64,000 nucleotides of DNA from Naegleria gruberi (lineage: Eukaryota), in NCBI GenBank assembly GCA_000004985.1, contig GG738869.1. One strand, written 5' to 3'. The notes beneath the pieces were generated by a model, which had not been told where the DNA came from, ran no database searches, and was given only the letters and a program-made list of their open reading frames with translations. Position numbers and translations under genes: made by a program. The stretch's first letter is position 1, and each line of letters opens with the position of its first letter. This document shows, piece after piece, positions 42,901 through 54,677 of this stretch.

Positions 42901-45900
42901 CTTTGTGCCATTCAAAATACAAGTTGGGTTGCTTCCAAGCATAGAAATATCAATAATCACATTACCACAAGCAACTTGTTGATTGAAAGTTGAGAAAATT
43001 GTACCATAAATAATATGTCCCTTAGAATTAAATCCAAAGGAATTGGAGTCAATACCATAATTGCAATCATTTCCATACCATCCCTCCTCACAAGAGTTAC
43101 AGCTGTCACCGATTGTGTGAGGATTACAAGAGCAAGTTCCCTCATCATTACAAGTACCCCTATTACTACATGTTTTGCTTGCAAGACATTCTATATTACA
43201 GTCAGCACCAACAAATCCTTCCTTACAACGGTCACAATTGGATCCTGTCCAGTTACCGAAACATTCACACTCAGCCTCAATATTACAAGCACCGTGTGAG
43301 TTACATGTTACGTTATCATAACAAACACTGTGATTACAATGGGTACCAGCGAATTCTGGAAGACACCTTTCACAATATTGTTGAGGATCATAATTTCCTT
43401 TACATGTACATTCTTCAAAATTAACACATTTTCCTCTTCCACCACAAACACTTGGTCTTGAAGAATTAACATTATTGCAAGAAGTAAACTCGCAATTCAA
43501 ACCAGAATAACCATTAGTACAATTACATTCTGGCATTAAGCTCAAACCAACATCACAAGTACCACGAGAAGAACAAACAGCCTTATTAGTGGACAATAAC
43601 CCATTACAAATAGGAATATCACAATTTGAGCCATTGAAACCTGCTTTACATCTCGAGCATGAAACTCCTTCAAAGTTACCATCACAAACACAAACATGAC
43701 CAACACAAGATCCATGATGGGTGCAACCTCCCTCCTCTTCAGATTTACCATTACAAGTAATAACAGAACAATCCTCTCCTTTGAAACCACTATTACATCT
43801 ACAAGAATTAGCAGCTATACAAACTCCCTGTCCAGAGCATGACTCAGTTTGATTATAACTTCCAAAGCAAATGGGGAAGTCGCAATTATCTCCATAATAT
43901 CCATCGAAACAAGAACAATTATTCTCTGCAATACACAACCCATTAGATGAACAAACATGACGACTTGTGTCAGCATAACCATAACAGTGAGTAGCATTGA
44001 CATTATCTATTTCTGTCTCATTGAAACTTGTGGAATTTTTCAAATCTGTAGAGTTCACAACACTGGTAGCATTATCTGTTGTTGTAGTGTTTGTAAGTGT
44101 ACTGTTATCAGTGTTTGTATTATTCAAAGTGTCTGTACTATTCAAATTTTCTGTACTGTTTAAAGTGTCTGTAGAATTTTGGAAGATTTGAGTAGTATTA
44201 TCAGTAACTGTAGAATTTGAGAGAGTTGAATTGGTTGTTGACGTGTTTGAAGATTCTTGTGGAACAACTTCAAAAAGGCAATCTTCTGTTGGAAGAGTTT
44301 CCCAATATTCAGCCACAAAGGAAGAAAGTAAGGTAAATGGTTGAGAAGAACCTGTGATACCACTATTCAACACTTGAACACTCAGCATGATATTGCTTTC
44401 AGGATCTTGAACATTTTGAATTGATTGCACTGTTACTCTCTCTACATTATTCTTTGTATCAATAGAGGAGCCACCATTTCCGTATAATACACGTGAAGAT
44501 GAGTATTCTGAGGTTTCACTATTCAAATTGTATACATTTACAATCAAATCCAAGTTATTGATAATGTTTGGCAATACTGAAGTACTTGAAGAATAGTCAT
44601 ACCAAGTAAGGGTTGATCTGAATGTTGATGATTCAGTTACGTTCTTCTTCAATCTATAGCACGATCTTAATGTTTGGTTTGACTTGGTAAATGATTCTTG
44701 AGAAATAGATAGTGTTACATTTCTTCCTTTTTCATCACTAAAAAGACTTCCGAGTTGAATTTTTCCAAATCCTTCATAAAAGTTTGGTGTTCCAAAGGCT
44801 TCACTAATACTGAATCTTTGGAATTCATCGTCTGAATAAGCAACACTACCATTCAGAGGAACTGAGCTATGAATCATTGCAGCCTTAATTAAATGTCCAC
44901 TTGGAGCTGAAATTCCAAGCTTCTTGATAAAATATTCTCTCAATAATAGAGCACCTCCAGCCTTTTCCACACAAAGAGTATCATATTTATCAAATTTGCA
45001 TTAATTCAATATCATTTCAACAGCAAACAATATTGTAATTAACAATGTAATTAATAATAATAATAATAGATAATAATGATAATAACGTACGGATATCGGT
45101 GTTGCCATTGATGTGCCACTTTTTGTTATAAGGGCAGCATTGTTTGAAATGGATGGGGAACCAGCACCACATTGAGATGTTGAAATAGAACCGTCTGAGC
45201 GAGCTGAAACAATCTTGAATCCAGGTGCAACAACTATGGGACCAGTAATATTTATCCAAAATCAAACCCAAAAAAAACTTACAATCTGGTTTAATTCTTC
45301 CTCCAATAGCTGGACCTCTGGAAGAAAATGCAGCAAGGTTATTTTCATTATAAATATTTGTATATTGCAAATAAGAGCTAACATAACTATTTGCTGATGG
45401 TTCGTAGGTGGCACTGTCCACAAAACCAGCGTTTGAATTTCCATGAGCTCCAACAGAAATACCATTTTTACAAGTGGAAGGGGCTGTTAAATGTAAACAT
45501 TAAACTACTAGTTCAGTTGAATACTTACTACCAAGGTTTCCAAATCTGGATAATTGCCCATCATTTCCTTGGGCAATCAAAACTGTTGCATCTTGATGGC
45601 TCCAAATAAATTGATCAAACTTTTGGGCATAATCATCATAGGTATTACAAACATCACAACAAGTGTCAACTCCAAACAGGGTTTTACAATCATCGTTTGT
45701 AACAGAATCACCAGCACTAAAAGGAGCTTTATCTGCAGTTAGTGTGCATCCAGTACAGTCATAAGAGCAATCCACATATCCACCAATAGAACATCCCCAA
45801 CTGTTCGAAAATACTTTTGGTGTTGCGCTGCTTGTGTATGGAGTGCTTAATAGGTCAGTAATATCATTAGGGAAATATAATCCACTTCCATCTGCTGGTG

Positions 45901-47378
45901 CCAAGTCCGTAAAATATAATTTGGCACTTGGTGCAACACCATGAAAGGCATTTACGCCAGTTCCAAGGTTTGTGGCTTCCATAGAGCCGACAACACTACC
46001 AGCTGCATTGAAAACAAGTAAGAATGTTAATAATACAAATAAAACTTACCAACATGAGTTCCGTGTCCAGCAGTAACATCAGTAGCATCACCAGAATAAG
46101 CGGTTCTAATCCTAACTACCTTTCTTCTATTCAAATTAAGGGAGGTTGGAGCCCCTGAATGATTGTTATCAGTAAAAAAACAATGATCATAGTCAAGCCC
46201 AGTGTCAGCAACGGCTACAATCTGATCAGCTCCATAAATACCCATATTGTAAAATGGAGTTTCGTGAGGAAGAGATGGATGAGCAGATTGAACAATCTCG
46301 AGGGAATGTTTGTTAGAAATACTAAGGGACAACTTTCTTTGAACAAAGTGAATATTAGGATGAGAAGTGAGAATATATCCAACATAGGAAGCAATGAATG
46401 GTGAAAATGCAATTTCACACACATTTTCAGAAACAAGGATCATTGGCGCAAAATCAACATCTTTCACATACTTTTTAGAAAGTATTGTATTGATTTCATT
46501 CACCAATTTCTCAGTTTCTTGTTGTTGAGTTCCCAATGTGATAGATTGAACAGATGGAATGACTGAAATAACAAATCTAATCAGGTTTGATTGCTCGAAT
46601 GTTTGAGAAATTCTTGTCGAATTACTGACATTTCTCAACGATCTTTTTGGAGGGGTTCTTTTTCTTTCAAAAGCCAAAGACTGCAATTTTTGGAAATCAA
46701 AAGTTGATTTAAATCTAGATTCATACTCTCCAATCCACTCAATTTCATTATTATTGACAATTTCTGTAACATGACTTGCTGTAGTAACAACAGAGTAAAT
46801 GTTAGCAGACAAGACGTTATTTTCTCTTATGAACGTATTTTCAATAGATGATCCATCTTTGATTTTTACAATAAATTGATAATTTGGTTCCTCCAAAACA
46901 TCCCTTCCATCAATTCTTCTCTTCACTTTTCTAGAAAGATGTCTTAAACGTGAAGGGTTATTTAACAGATTTCTATCATTGGTTAGTTCATATCCATTCT
47001 TATCAATAGAAATACTTCTAAGATTATTTTGATTTTTCAAAGCTAGAAAGGCTACTGATGGAATAGTATCTTTTGAGTAAAGTTTTTCCCAATCTTGTTT
47101 GCTTACTGATTCAAGCTTACTGGAAATACTAAGAATGTGATGATTTTAATAAAATCGGAATAAAGAGATTAAAAATCAATACGCTCATATTCTACATACT
47201 CTTTGCAATATACTCCAATGTTGAAAAGAATAATTGCCATCAAACATAAACCAATCAATGATGTTCTTAAACACCATCTCCTCTTATAGAATGGTGCAAC
47301 ACCATCATTAACAACAACAACACTATGCATCATATTTTTCCAAGCCTTACACTTAAACTTCTCCAATACTACCCTCAC
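39955..47378 (-). CDS. Giant membrane-anchored subtilisin-like serine protease of about 2360 aa with EGF-like repeats. Six exons: 47200..47378, 46050..47128 (or ..47119), 45529..46002, 45283..45483, 45091..45233 and 39955..44961.
   Basis: The catalytic triad is split across exons. Asp is in VAVADTGLDYDHCFF. His is in GHGTHV|AGSVVG, which spans intron 2 (GTAAGT). The Ser motif GTSMATPIS|AGGALLLREYF spans intron 5 (GTACGT). SSRGPAIGGRIKPD|FVAPG spans intron 4. All exon phases sum correctly, giving a 7083-nt CDS. The N-terminal exon has a hydrophobic signal-anchor (LIGLCLMAIILFNIGVY). The long C-terminal exon has about 10 EGF-like Cys modules (CDFPICFGSYNQTESCSGQGVC...), Ser/Thr-rich mucin-like regions, one TM helix (IIAGSIIGAVILISIISITLLFCIL) and a short cytoplasmic tail. 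Confidence 0.75.
43100..43990 (-). repeat. Intragenic array of EGF-like Cys-rich modules. It is similar to the modules in the receptor kinase at 600..1120.
   Basis: The pattern C..G..G..C....C.CxxG(Y/F)xGxxC repeats about 10 times. The consensus ICFGxxxxxxxxCSGxGxC is shared with the gene at the window start. Confidence 0.55.
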
Positions 47379-47909
47379 AAACGTTGTTGTTCTTTTGTAT
47401 TTTCTTTGTGATTAAAATATTATTTCATTTTTCCCCAGTGCTTCTACCTTACTACACTATTATTGACGCACACAAGCTTAGAAGCTGTCGAACACAACGT
47501 TCATAATACAGCTTCATTTGGGCACATAAAGAGTAAGTTTGCAGCAACGGTAGAAGGGCATGTTTGGTGAAACTTTACCCAAACATGTAAAGTTCAAACT
47601 TCTTAATACTGGCTATCATGAACAATGCACAAAGCTTCTATTTGCTAGAAAGAATACTCATCCTCTCTAGAACGCCAACCGGAAGCAATTATTCTTTGCA
47701 CTCTTTCAAATTGTATAAATGTTTATCATTCCCAAGCTTGGCTTGTCAGATGAAAGTTCCAAAGTTGTATCATTAGAAAACAAATTTTAAATAATATTTA
47801 AATGAATATTTAAATAATAATATTTTCATGATTTAAATTATTAATTTCATGTCAATCTCCTCACCTATGGTATGATGGATAATTTGTTTTAAAATTCATT
47901 TAAATAAAA

Positions 47910-49912
47910 ATGCTTCCATCCACGTCAAATGGCAACCCATCATCATCGGGTGATGAAGCAAATCAACAAGGAAAATTAAAGAAACCTGTAAAATCAGTCA
48001 TTCCAAAACTTCAAAATTGTACAGTTAATTTATCATTATTTAGAAAAGTAGCTGCCGATGAATTGAGAGAAATGATAGATTCGGTGGTAAGTCTTCTTAT
48101 TTCATCAAGACTTTGATCATCATCAATTATTAATTTAATTTTACACTATATAATCATGATACAATCAAATGTAAATAATAGCAAACTGCAAATCCTCATA
48201 AGGCCTTTGTTTTTGATCCGGAATTGATTGGACCACTTTCATTAATTGTTCCGTATAGTTTTTTCATTGCTAAAGGAACAGGTGCTACTGAACCAGAGAT
48301 TGGATTAATCAAACAAGACAAGATCAATTTTAAAACTAATGTTGGAAGTGTATTTTATGTGACAAGACCTAGAATTGATTTAATCAAGATTATGGCATCA
48401 CAAATTAATCATATTGTTTCACAACCATCACCACCAAATATTTACATTGTATTTGTGCCAAGAAGAACTTTGATTTGTGAAGTTTTATTGGAAAAGATGA
48501 ACATTTTACAACACATTCAAAAACCTTTATTAGAATTTTCTCTTGATTTTATTCCATTTGATAATGATCTTCTTTCTATGGAATTACCATATGCATTCCG
48601 TGAATTTGAAGTTGATGGTGATTATTCAGCTCTTTACAGTGTTGCAAGATCTATAATGAAGTTACAATCTGTGTATGGCATAATTCCAAATATCAAATAT
48701 GTGGGAAAGAGTGCTAAAATGGCCTTTGAAATTTTGCAAGAAATGACTCACAAATCTGAAACTAATCTAAATCAAATCAATCCAAGTATTGGAAATTTAA
48801 TATTCTTTGATAGAAAAGTTGATTTGGTGAGTCCTCTCGTAACACCATTGACCTATGAAGGTCTTTTTGATCTGTTTTATAGAATTCAAAATAACTTGGC
48901 AACTATTCCTTTCTTAGCTCAACCAGTAAAGAAAGAAGAAGGTGAGGAAGAATCACAACAACAGCAGCAACCAGTTAAAAGAGTTCCAACAAGATTGCCA
49001 CTCAATGATGATGACGAAGTTTTCAAACAAGTTCGTCACATGAACTTCCTTGGTGTTGGTGCTAAATTGGGTTCAATCACTGAAGAAATTGATAGGATCT
49101 ATGAAAAGAGAAAAACACTCAATGCTGTAGATGAAATCAAAAGCTACTTTACTCTATTGCCTGAAGTTCAACAAAAGCACAAGGATTTGACTGCACATAT
49201 TACCATTGCTACAGAAATTAAGAAGGAAACCTTAAAGCAAGAATTTAGAAGAAGAATTCGTACAGAACAAGATATTTTGTCAGGTGAAGATCCAAAGGCA
49301 TGTATTGAGTATATAGAATCATGTATCATCAGACAAGACAGTATTACCTCTGTTTTAAGATTGATTTGTTTGTATAGCATTGTGAGAAATGGGTTGAGTC
49401 AATCTGAGTATGATCATTTGAGACAAGAAATTGTACACAGTTATGGACATTTTGCTGTTCTTTCTTTAAAGAATTTGGAAGAAGCAGGTCTGCTCAAAAA
49501 ATCTCAATCTAAAATCAATTGGTCCTCATCTCCTTTTGCCACAATGAAGAAGGGATTGAATTTAGTTGTGCAAGAAATGACAGATGAAACAAACCAAAAG
49601 AATATGGCTTATGTGCACTCGGGCTATGCTCCAATGAGTTGTAGAATTATTCAAGAATCACTTAATAATTCTAAATGGGAATCTTTGAAATCATTATTCA
49701 AAGGAACTGAACATGTAGAATTCATAGGTGAAAGTGTTTCTCCAGGTATGCAAATTTCTAGTCAAGATGTTACTGTAGTATTCTTTTTGGGTGGTTGTAC
49801 GCTTGCTGAAATCAGTGCTCTCAGATCAATTACCAATCATCGTTTCATTGTACTGACAACCAAGATTATTAACTCTGATAATTTCATTTCTTCCATGTTG
49901 GAAAAACTTTAA
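47910..49912 (+). CDS. VPS33: Sec1/Munc18-family protein VPS33 (HOPS/CORVET). Two exons: 47910..48086 and 48182..49912.
   Basis: VNLSLFRKVAADELREMIDSV|QTANPHKAFVFDPELIGPLSLI..., where | marks a 95-nt GTAAGT..ATAG intron, parallels VPS33A [63 protein letters not shown]...FSLDFIPFDNDLLSMELPYAFREFEVDGD matches [22 protein letters not shown]...[29 protein letters not shown]. Confidence 0.8.
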
Positions 49913-51855
49913 TTTATTGAATCAAAATACACAAGTCTATTATCAAATTCTGAACAAATAATTTTTTGATTTGGTGCATGAGGATGCATAACCCTTACTT
50001 GTGAGATGTTGTTTTTACATGTACCTGTAAACATTTTACAAGAAAGTTTCATCGACCTATGAATATCGGCAGAGTTCTTCCTAATGCTTACATTATCAAC
50101 AGTTTCCCATTCACAAATATTTGGTCTACTCCAATCCAATACAGCTACAGAAGTGCCGTATGGAGCTAACACAAATAATCCATTATCACTCTCTATCACA
50201 TCACCTTTCTGATTGAAAGAACCCAAGCTAAATGATCGTGAGTCTTCATAAAATTTGCTTACTCTCCTAGTTAAAGGATCCAATAAACCAACTCCACCAC
50301 TCGTAGTCAAGAAGTGAATATATCCACTCTTTGTTGTACCAAATGACTTAATGCCCTTTGAAGGAGCACTACTACTTGCAGCAAATTTTTGCTTAGGACC
50401 TCTAAATAATTGAGTTACCTCAGTTATTTGGAGACCTGTTTCAGTTCGGAATTCATTATTAATAGAAGGATGTACAGGTAGTTCAAGATTGATAATTGAT
50501 TTTTCAAGTCTATTGTTCAGCTCTTGAACGCTAGACGAAACATTAATGCTCCTAACTGAGTCGTTCATACTCTTTCTGATATCAAAAATTTTGAGATCCA
50601 TACTATGAAAGGATGATGCATAAATGTAATTTGAATCATTCTTATCAATAGAAATGCAATCAAAAGGATCAGAATAAAACATGGGAGCAGAAGTATTGTG
50701 AATGGTTGTTTTCTTTTTTGCACTCTTTTTAGGAACCAAAACACTAACTCCCTGTGCTGTAGTTTTTGGAATTGAGCTGTTTGCAGTATTAGAAGCAGTA
50801 GTGGTACTGGCAGCACTGCTTGAACTGGTCATTGGCACATTAACTGGAATTTTCTTAGTATTTTTTGTCCTTACATCAATGATATCTAGTTTACCACTCT
50901 TTTTTGATAATATCAAAGTATTCATATCCCTATTTTCAAAATCTAGTACACTATCATTTAGAACAGTACTCTTGATTTTTCCTGTTGTCATGTCAAATAA
51001 GCAAAGAGCTCCTGTGTAGGATGAAAGTGTTGAAACTGAAAGCTCATCTGAAAAGTAAGGGTTAATTCTTACATTTGAAATCCTTGCATCATAGAATGAA
51101 TGCCTGAAATATCGTTCTCTATCTACAAAACTACACATTGTTACATTTCCCTTATGTGTTCCATATACCATTGAATTTCCACAAACATCCATACAAGTAA
51201 CATATTCTGTAGCTTGTGTGTCTGCCATATCTACCAATCTAGCCAATTCTGATGGTTTGTTCTTGAACCAATTTTGAGTTTCCTGTCTTTCGTAAACCTG
51301 TCCCACATGTTTAGACAAGGGAATACCTGTCAATTTACGATAAAAGAGTTGTGATGTTGTTGGAGGTTGTGCTTTTCTAATAGCATGTTGATAAATCTGA
51401 TCATGTGAATAATGTGAATGGTACGGATAAACACAAGTACAACCCACAGGTGTAAAGGCAAGTGAAGCAATTTGAGTACTTTTAGGAGCACTTGAAATCT
51501 TTCTCACCACATTAAAAGTACTAGAGAGTGGTTTAAAGTGATAATCATTGTTTCCTAACATTAAAATATCATCATCTTCATCATCAACTTCTATTGGATC
51601 ATCAATTATTTTCCTCTTGGCTGATGATGGAGATTTTGTTAGAGAGGAATCTAGCGATTTTCGTTTAATGGTTGAAGTTGATGATGTGGATGAAGATGAC
51701 CTATTGTTAGCATTGTTGTTATTGGTTGTGTTGCTCACAGAGTCTCGGCTTGACGATGCTGGATTGTTGATAGTTTTTGCTGTGCCAAAATATGAAGCAA
51801 GTGTTTTTTGTGATTTTTCTTCTTTTCTTTTTTTCACCATTTTTTTTGGCGCCAT
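49909..51855 (-). CDS. WD40 beta-propeller protein with an N-terminal PIP-box-like motif and a low-complexity basic region.
   Basis: The start is taken as MAPKKMVKKRKEEKSQKTLASYFG. QKTLASYF fits the PCNA-interacting Q-x-x-L-x-x-(F/Y)(F/Y) consensus. There is a Ser/Asn-rich linker. The C-terminal ~400 aa are WD-like blades. The stop codon overlaps the VPS33 stop on the opposite strand. Confidence 0.5.
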   Translation of the reverse strand: MAPKKMVKKRKEEKSQKTLASYFGTAKTINNPASSSRDSVSNTTNNNNANNRSSSSTSSTSTIKRKSLDSSLTKSPSSAKRKIIDDPIEVDDEDDDILMLGNNDYHFKPLSSTFNVVRKISSAPKSTQIASLAFTPVGCTCVYPYHSHYSHDQIYQHAIRKAQPPTTSQLFYRKLTGIPLSKHVGQVYERQETQNWFKNKPSELARLVDMADTQATEYVTCMDVCGNSMVYGTHKGNVTMCSFVDRERYFRHSFYDARISNVRINPYFSDELSVSTLSSYTGALCLFDMTTGKIKSTVLNDSVLDFENRDMNTLILSKKSGKLDIIDVRTKNTKKIPVNVPMTSSSSAASTTTASNTANSSIPKTTAQGVSVLVPKKSAKKKTTIHNTSAPMFYSDPFDCISIDKNDSNYIYASSFHSMDLKIFDIRKSMNDSVRSINVSSSVQELNNRLEKSIINLELPVHPSINNEFRTETGLQITEVTQLFRGPKQKFAASSSAPSKGIKSFGTTKSGYIHFLTTSGGVGLLDPLTRRVSKFYEDSRSFSLGSFNQKGDVIESDNGLFVLAPYGTSVAVLDWSRPNICEWETVDNVSIRKNSADIHRSMKLSCKMFTGTCKNNISQVRVMHPHAPNQKIICSEFDNRLVYFDSIN

Positions 51856-52741
51856 GTTTGTGTAACGGTTACCTTGGAGAAACCAAGCATTATTAAATAA
51901 TAATACCAGGTTCCCAATATGCTTTGAGTAAAAGCCTGCCATCTTTTGAAAGATGGCTTTCGTTATTAATATCATCAAACTTTAGTCAAAATCAAAATAA
52001 TAATTATCAATTCAAACCACCACCAAATAAGATTATTTAGAAGTTTATTCACTACAGTTTTAGTGCATTATTTTACTGTAATGATTGGACACCTTTTTGC
52101 GCCAAAAACTTACCGTTAGACGTTGAGCAGCAACTACTCATGTTCAGTTGAGTCGAGATAGAATACATTGAAAGGTAGTGATATCTTATACAATTTTTCA
52201 AACCCCCTAAGAGAGAAGAGGATGAACATTTTCAAAATATAAGGAATTTCCTACTTTATCTATTGCATAAGAATTTTCTTCATTTTCAGTTTATGATGAT
52301 GACTTGTAGCAACGAGAGCATGCTTCATATCGTTTGACCATTTTGATAGTGTGCAGAGCTGAAGGCGCTTAAACATTGAATGACGTCTTTCGACTTAGTA
52401 TCAGCACAAGCTTTGAAGAAGGAAATTCCTTATATTTTGAAAGCTTTGGCTGTGGTGCTCTCACTTCAAATCTGCTTGTTTGGAAACCAAATCCAAAAAA
52501 ATATCAGAACGCACGCGCACTGGTTGAAACACTCACCTGTTTCCCACCAAATAATCTACGATTAATTTGTTCGTTAAAGTTTACTTGAATTTTTATCGCG
52601 GTGCTCTCATTGTTTGACATCATCGGCATTATAGGCGAATAAAAATCATCAACTCATACAACTTGTATAATCATCAACTTCATCAGGCAACAATATTCCT
52701 CATCATTAATTATTATTTGGAAAAGAATACAATTGTTTTAG

Positions 52742-54649
52742 ATGGGTATTATTTGTGTTACAGATAAAAACGTGGGTTCCAGGAGTCATCAGCCTCTTCC
52801 AACACCTGCAATTCTTCACCCTAAAAAAGCAACAGGAAATAAACAAACAGGGAATACAGAAAATGGAGGTAATCAAGGTGCTGGAGAACTTGTCTTAAAA
52901 GCTCAAACTAGTGTCTCATCATTGATTCACAAGTTTAATAGTCCTATCACTACTAAATATGCTATTAAGTATCATGAACCTTTGCGAATAACAGCAAGCA
53001 TGTATTCCTCAATGTACAAAAATCAAAAGTATTTACTATGTACAGCCATACCGCCTGAGATACCATTCTATCAAACTGATATTAAGGTAGAAACTACACC
53101 AACAATAACATCTTTTATAACTTCCGTTTTTCAGGAAAGACCTACTAAGAAAAAACAAAACAATCTCTTGCACATTGTATCTTCGAGTGATAGCTTTGAT
53201 ATAGCAATGGGTGAAGATTTTAGAAATCATCCAGAAAAGAAGCAAGAGTATATAGAATCACCTCTTCCGTTGTTTTTGTGTAATCTCGTAAAGTATAATG
53301 AAAAACAAGGAGAGGACGAGTTTTCTGTTCATGAATTTACCTTTTCATGGAAATATACTAAGAGAGAGCTAATTCCAATTAATAGTGAGTCTGAAATCAA
53401 TCTCGAACCAGTTAAAAGACTTGAACCAAAGGAAAGTATATTCTATACATCAGAGACACACCACTATAACTATAAAGATCCTGGCTTCGTTAAATGGCAA
53501 AAGAAACACGAACTAGAGATTAAGGAAGATGAGGATGCAATTGATTTCCTTCAAAGATCATTGAATGCCATATGGTCCACAGTTGAGTATAAACCAAACG
53601 TATTCCATAGATCATCTGCTTCTGAGGTAGTTGAAAGTAAGGGAGAAGGAAGTATTGGTTTAGTCGTTTTATTCATTTCTGTATGTAGAGCAAACGGTAT
53701 TCCATCCCGAGCTCACTTTGGATATCTTTGCCCATCAGGTGATAAGAAGAAGGATCATAAAAAGTTAATGAAGAATGGCACCTCTCCATCTTTAATTTAT
53801 ACTGAATTCCATTCCAAAGCTGAAGTATGGATTGATAACTTGGGATGGATTCCAGTTGAACTTTCCGACAAAGATAAGGGAATTTTGAATGCTGAACCAA
53901 TACCCTTCCTGACCTCACATTTCTTTGATAATATAACAATGGATATGAGACCATTCACATCTAGATCATCAACCCTAAATTATTGTAATTCATTAGAGTA
54001 TAATGGAAGCAATGAAGAAATCAAAACACTGTTTCGTACTCCTGAGGAAGAGAAGTTTGACGGTGCAATTGTTAAATTGTGTAACGACTTTTTAATGTTG
54101 TGGCAAACTGCAAGAAGAAAAAGATCAATGGATTTATTAAGACAAACATTTGCCAAATTGTCTTCAGGACTTAAAGACGAGTTCCACCAAGAATGTACAG
54201 TTTTTGACTCTGTTTTTTTCCAAGGTTATGACATAACTTTCCTTCCATTCAAGGTGACGTCTAGAAAAACCAATAAGGATGGAATTTGTCACTCAACGAT
54301 TATGTTTACAGATCTTCAAACAATGGAAACAGAAGAATACATTGTATCTTTGGACATTGAGGATGACCTAATTGCAGATATCAACATAGCCTCGATACCC
54401 TACCTTCATGAAGAAGACAAAGTGGAAGAAAGAAAGTTGAAAATTCTTGGATCCTATGTAAGGAAAGAATTCAGCTTTTTCCCTCCTGTTTTTTCTTTCG
54501 GTACTCATAATCAGTCATTGCATACTACAGTGAAAACCCAAGTACATTACTGGCATGCTCAAATACATGAAATAGAACCTAGGAAAGAAGATGCCACTAA
54601 TAACACTACCAATAATAATAGCCATTCCAACTTGAATACTGGAGAATAA
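52742..54649 (+). CDS. [20 protein letters not shown] (TGc) domain protein, probably catalytically inactive, with an N-terminal MGxxC dual-lipidation motif.
   Basis: TGc core: LVVLFISVCRANGIPSRAHFGYL, compared with alCRalGIPAR.vsGY. His and Asp follow (EFHSKAEVWIDNLGWIPVELSD). The upstream Gx(C)xxfA catalytic Cys position reads GEGSIG, with no Cys. The protein starts MGIICV, with Gly2 for N-myristoylation and Cys5 for palmitoylation. Confidence 0.55.
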   Translation: MGIICVTDKNVGSRSHQPLPTPAILHPKKATGNKQTGNTENGGNQGAGELVLKAQTSVSSLIHKFNSPITTKYAIKYHEPLRITASMYSSMYKNQKYLLCTAIPPEIPFYQTDIKVETTPTITSFITSVFQERPTKKKQNNLLHIVSSSDSFDIAMGEDFRNHPEKKQEYIESPLPLFLCNLVKYNEKQGEDEFSVHEFTFSWKYTKRELIPINSESEINLEPVKRLEPKESIFYTSETHHYNYKDPGFVKWQKKHELEIKEDEDAIDFLQRSLNAIWSTVEYKPNVFHRSSASEVVESKGEGSIGLVVLFISVCRANGIPSRAHFGYLCPSGDKKKDHKKLMKNGTSPSLIYTEFHSKAEVWIDNLGWIPVELSDKDKGILNAEPIPFLTSHFFDNITMDMRPFTSRSSTLNYCNSLEYNGSNEEIKTLFRTPEEEKFDGAIVKLCNDFLMLWQTARRKRSMDLLRQTFAKLSSGLKDEFHQECTVFDSVFFQGYDITFLPFKVTSRKTNKDGICHSTIMFTDLQTMETEEYIVSLDIEDDLIADINIASIPYLHEEDKVEERKLKILGSYVRKEFSFFPPVFSFGTHNQSLHTTVKTQVHYWHAQIHEIEPRKEDATNNTTNNNSHSNLNTGE

Positions 54650-54677
54650 AATTGTAATATTTATATCTTTGTACAAA

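Noticed and set aside
43100-43990. EGF-like repeat arrays as a possible mobile element or dispersed repeat family, because similar modules occur at 600..1120.
   Set aside because: The similarity is at the protein-module level (Cys spacing), not extended nucleotide identity. No terminal repeats, transposase or RT ORFs are present. These are intragenic domain repeats.
45017-45609. Short minus/plus ORFs at 45017..45421, 45262..45465, 45215..45397 and 45391..45609.
   Set aside because: These are exon-into-intron read-throughs or alternative frames of the multi-exon subtilase gene. The true frame switches at each GTAAGT donor and restores the SSRGP...KPD / GTSMATP subtilase motifs.
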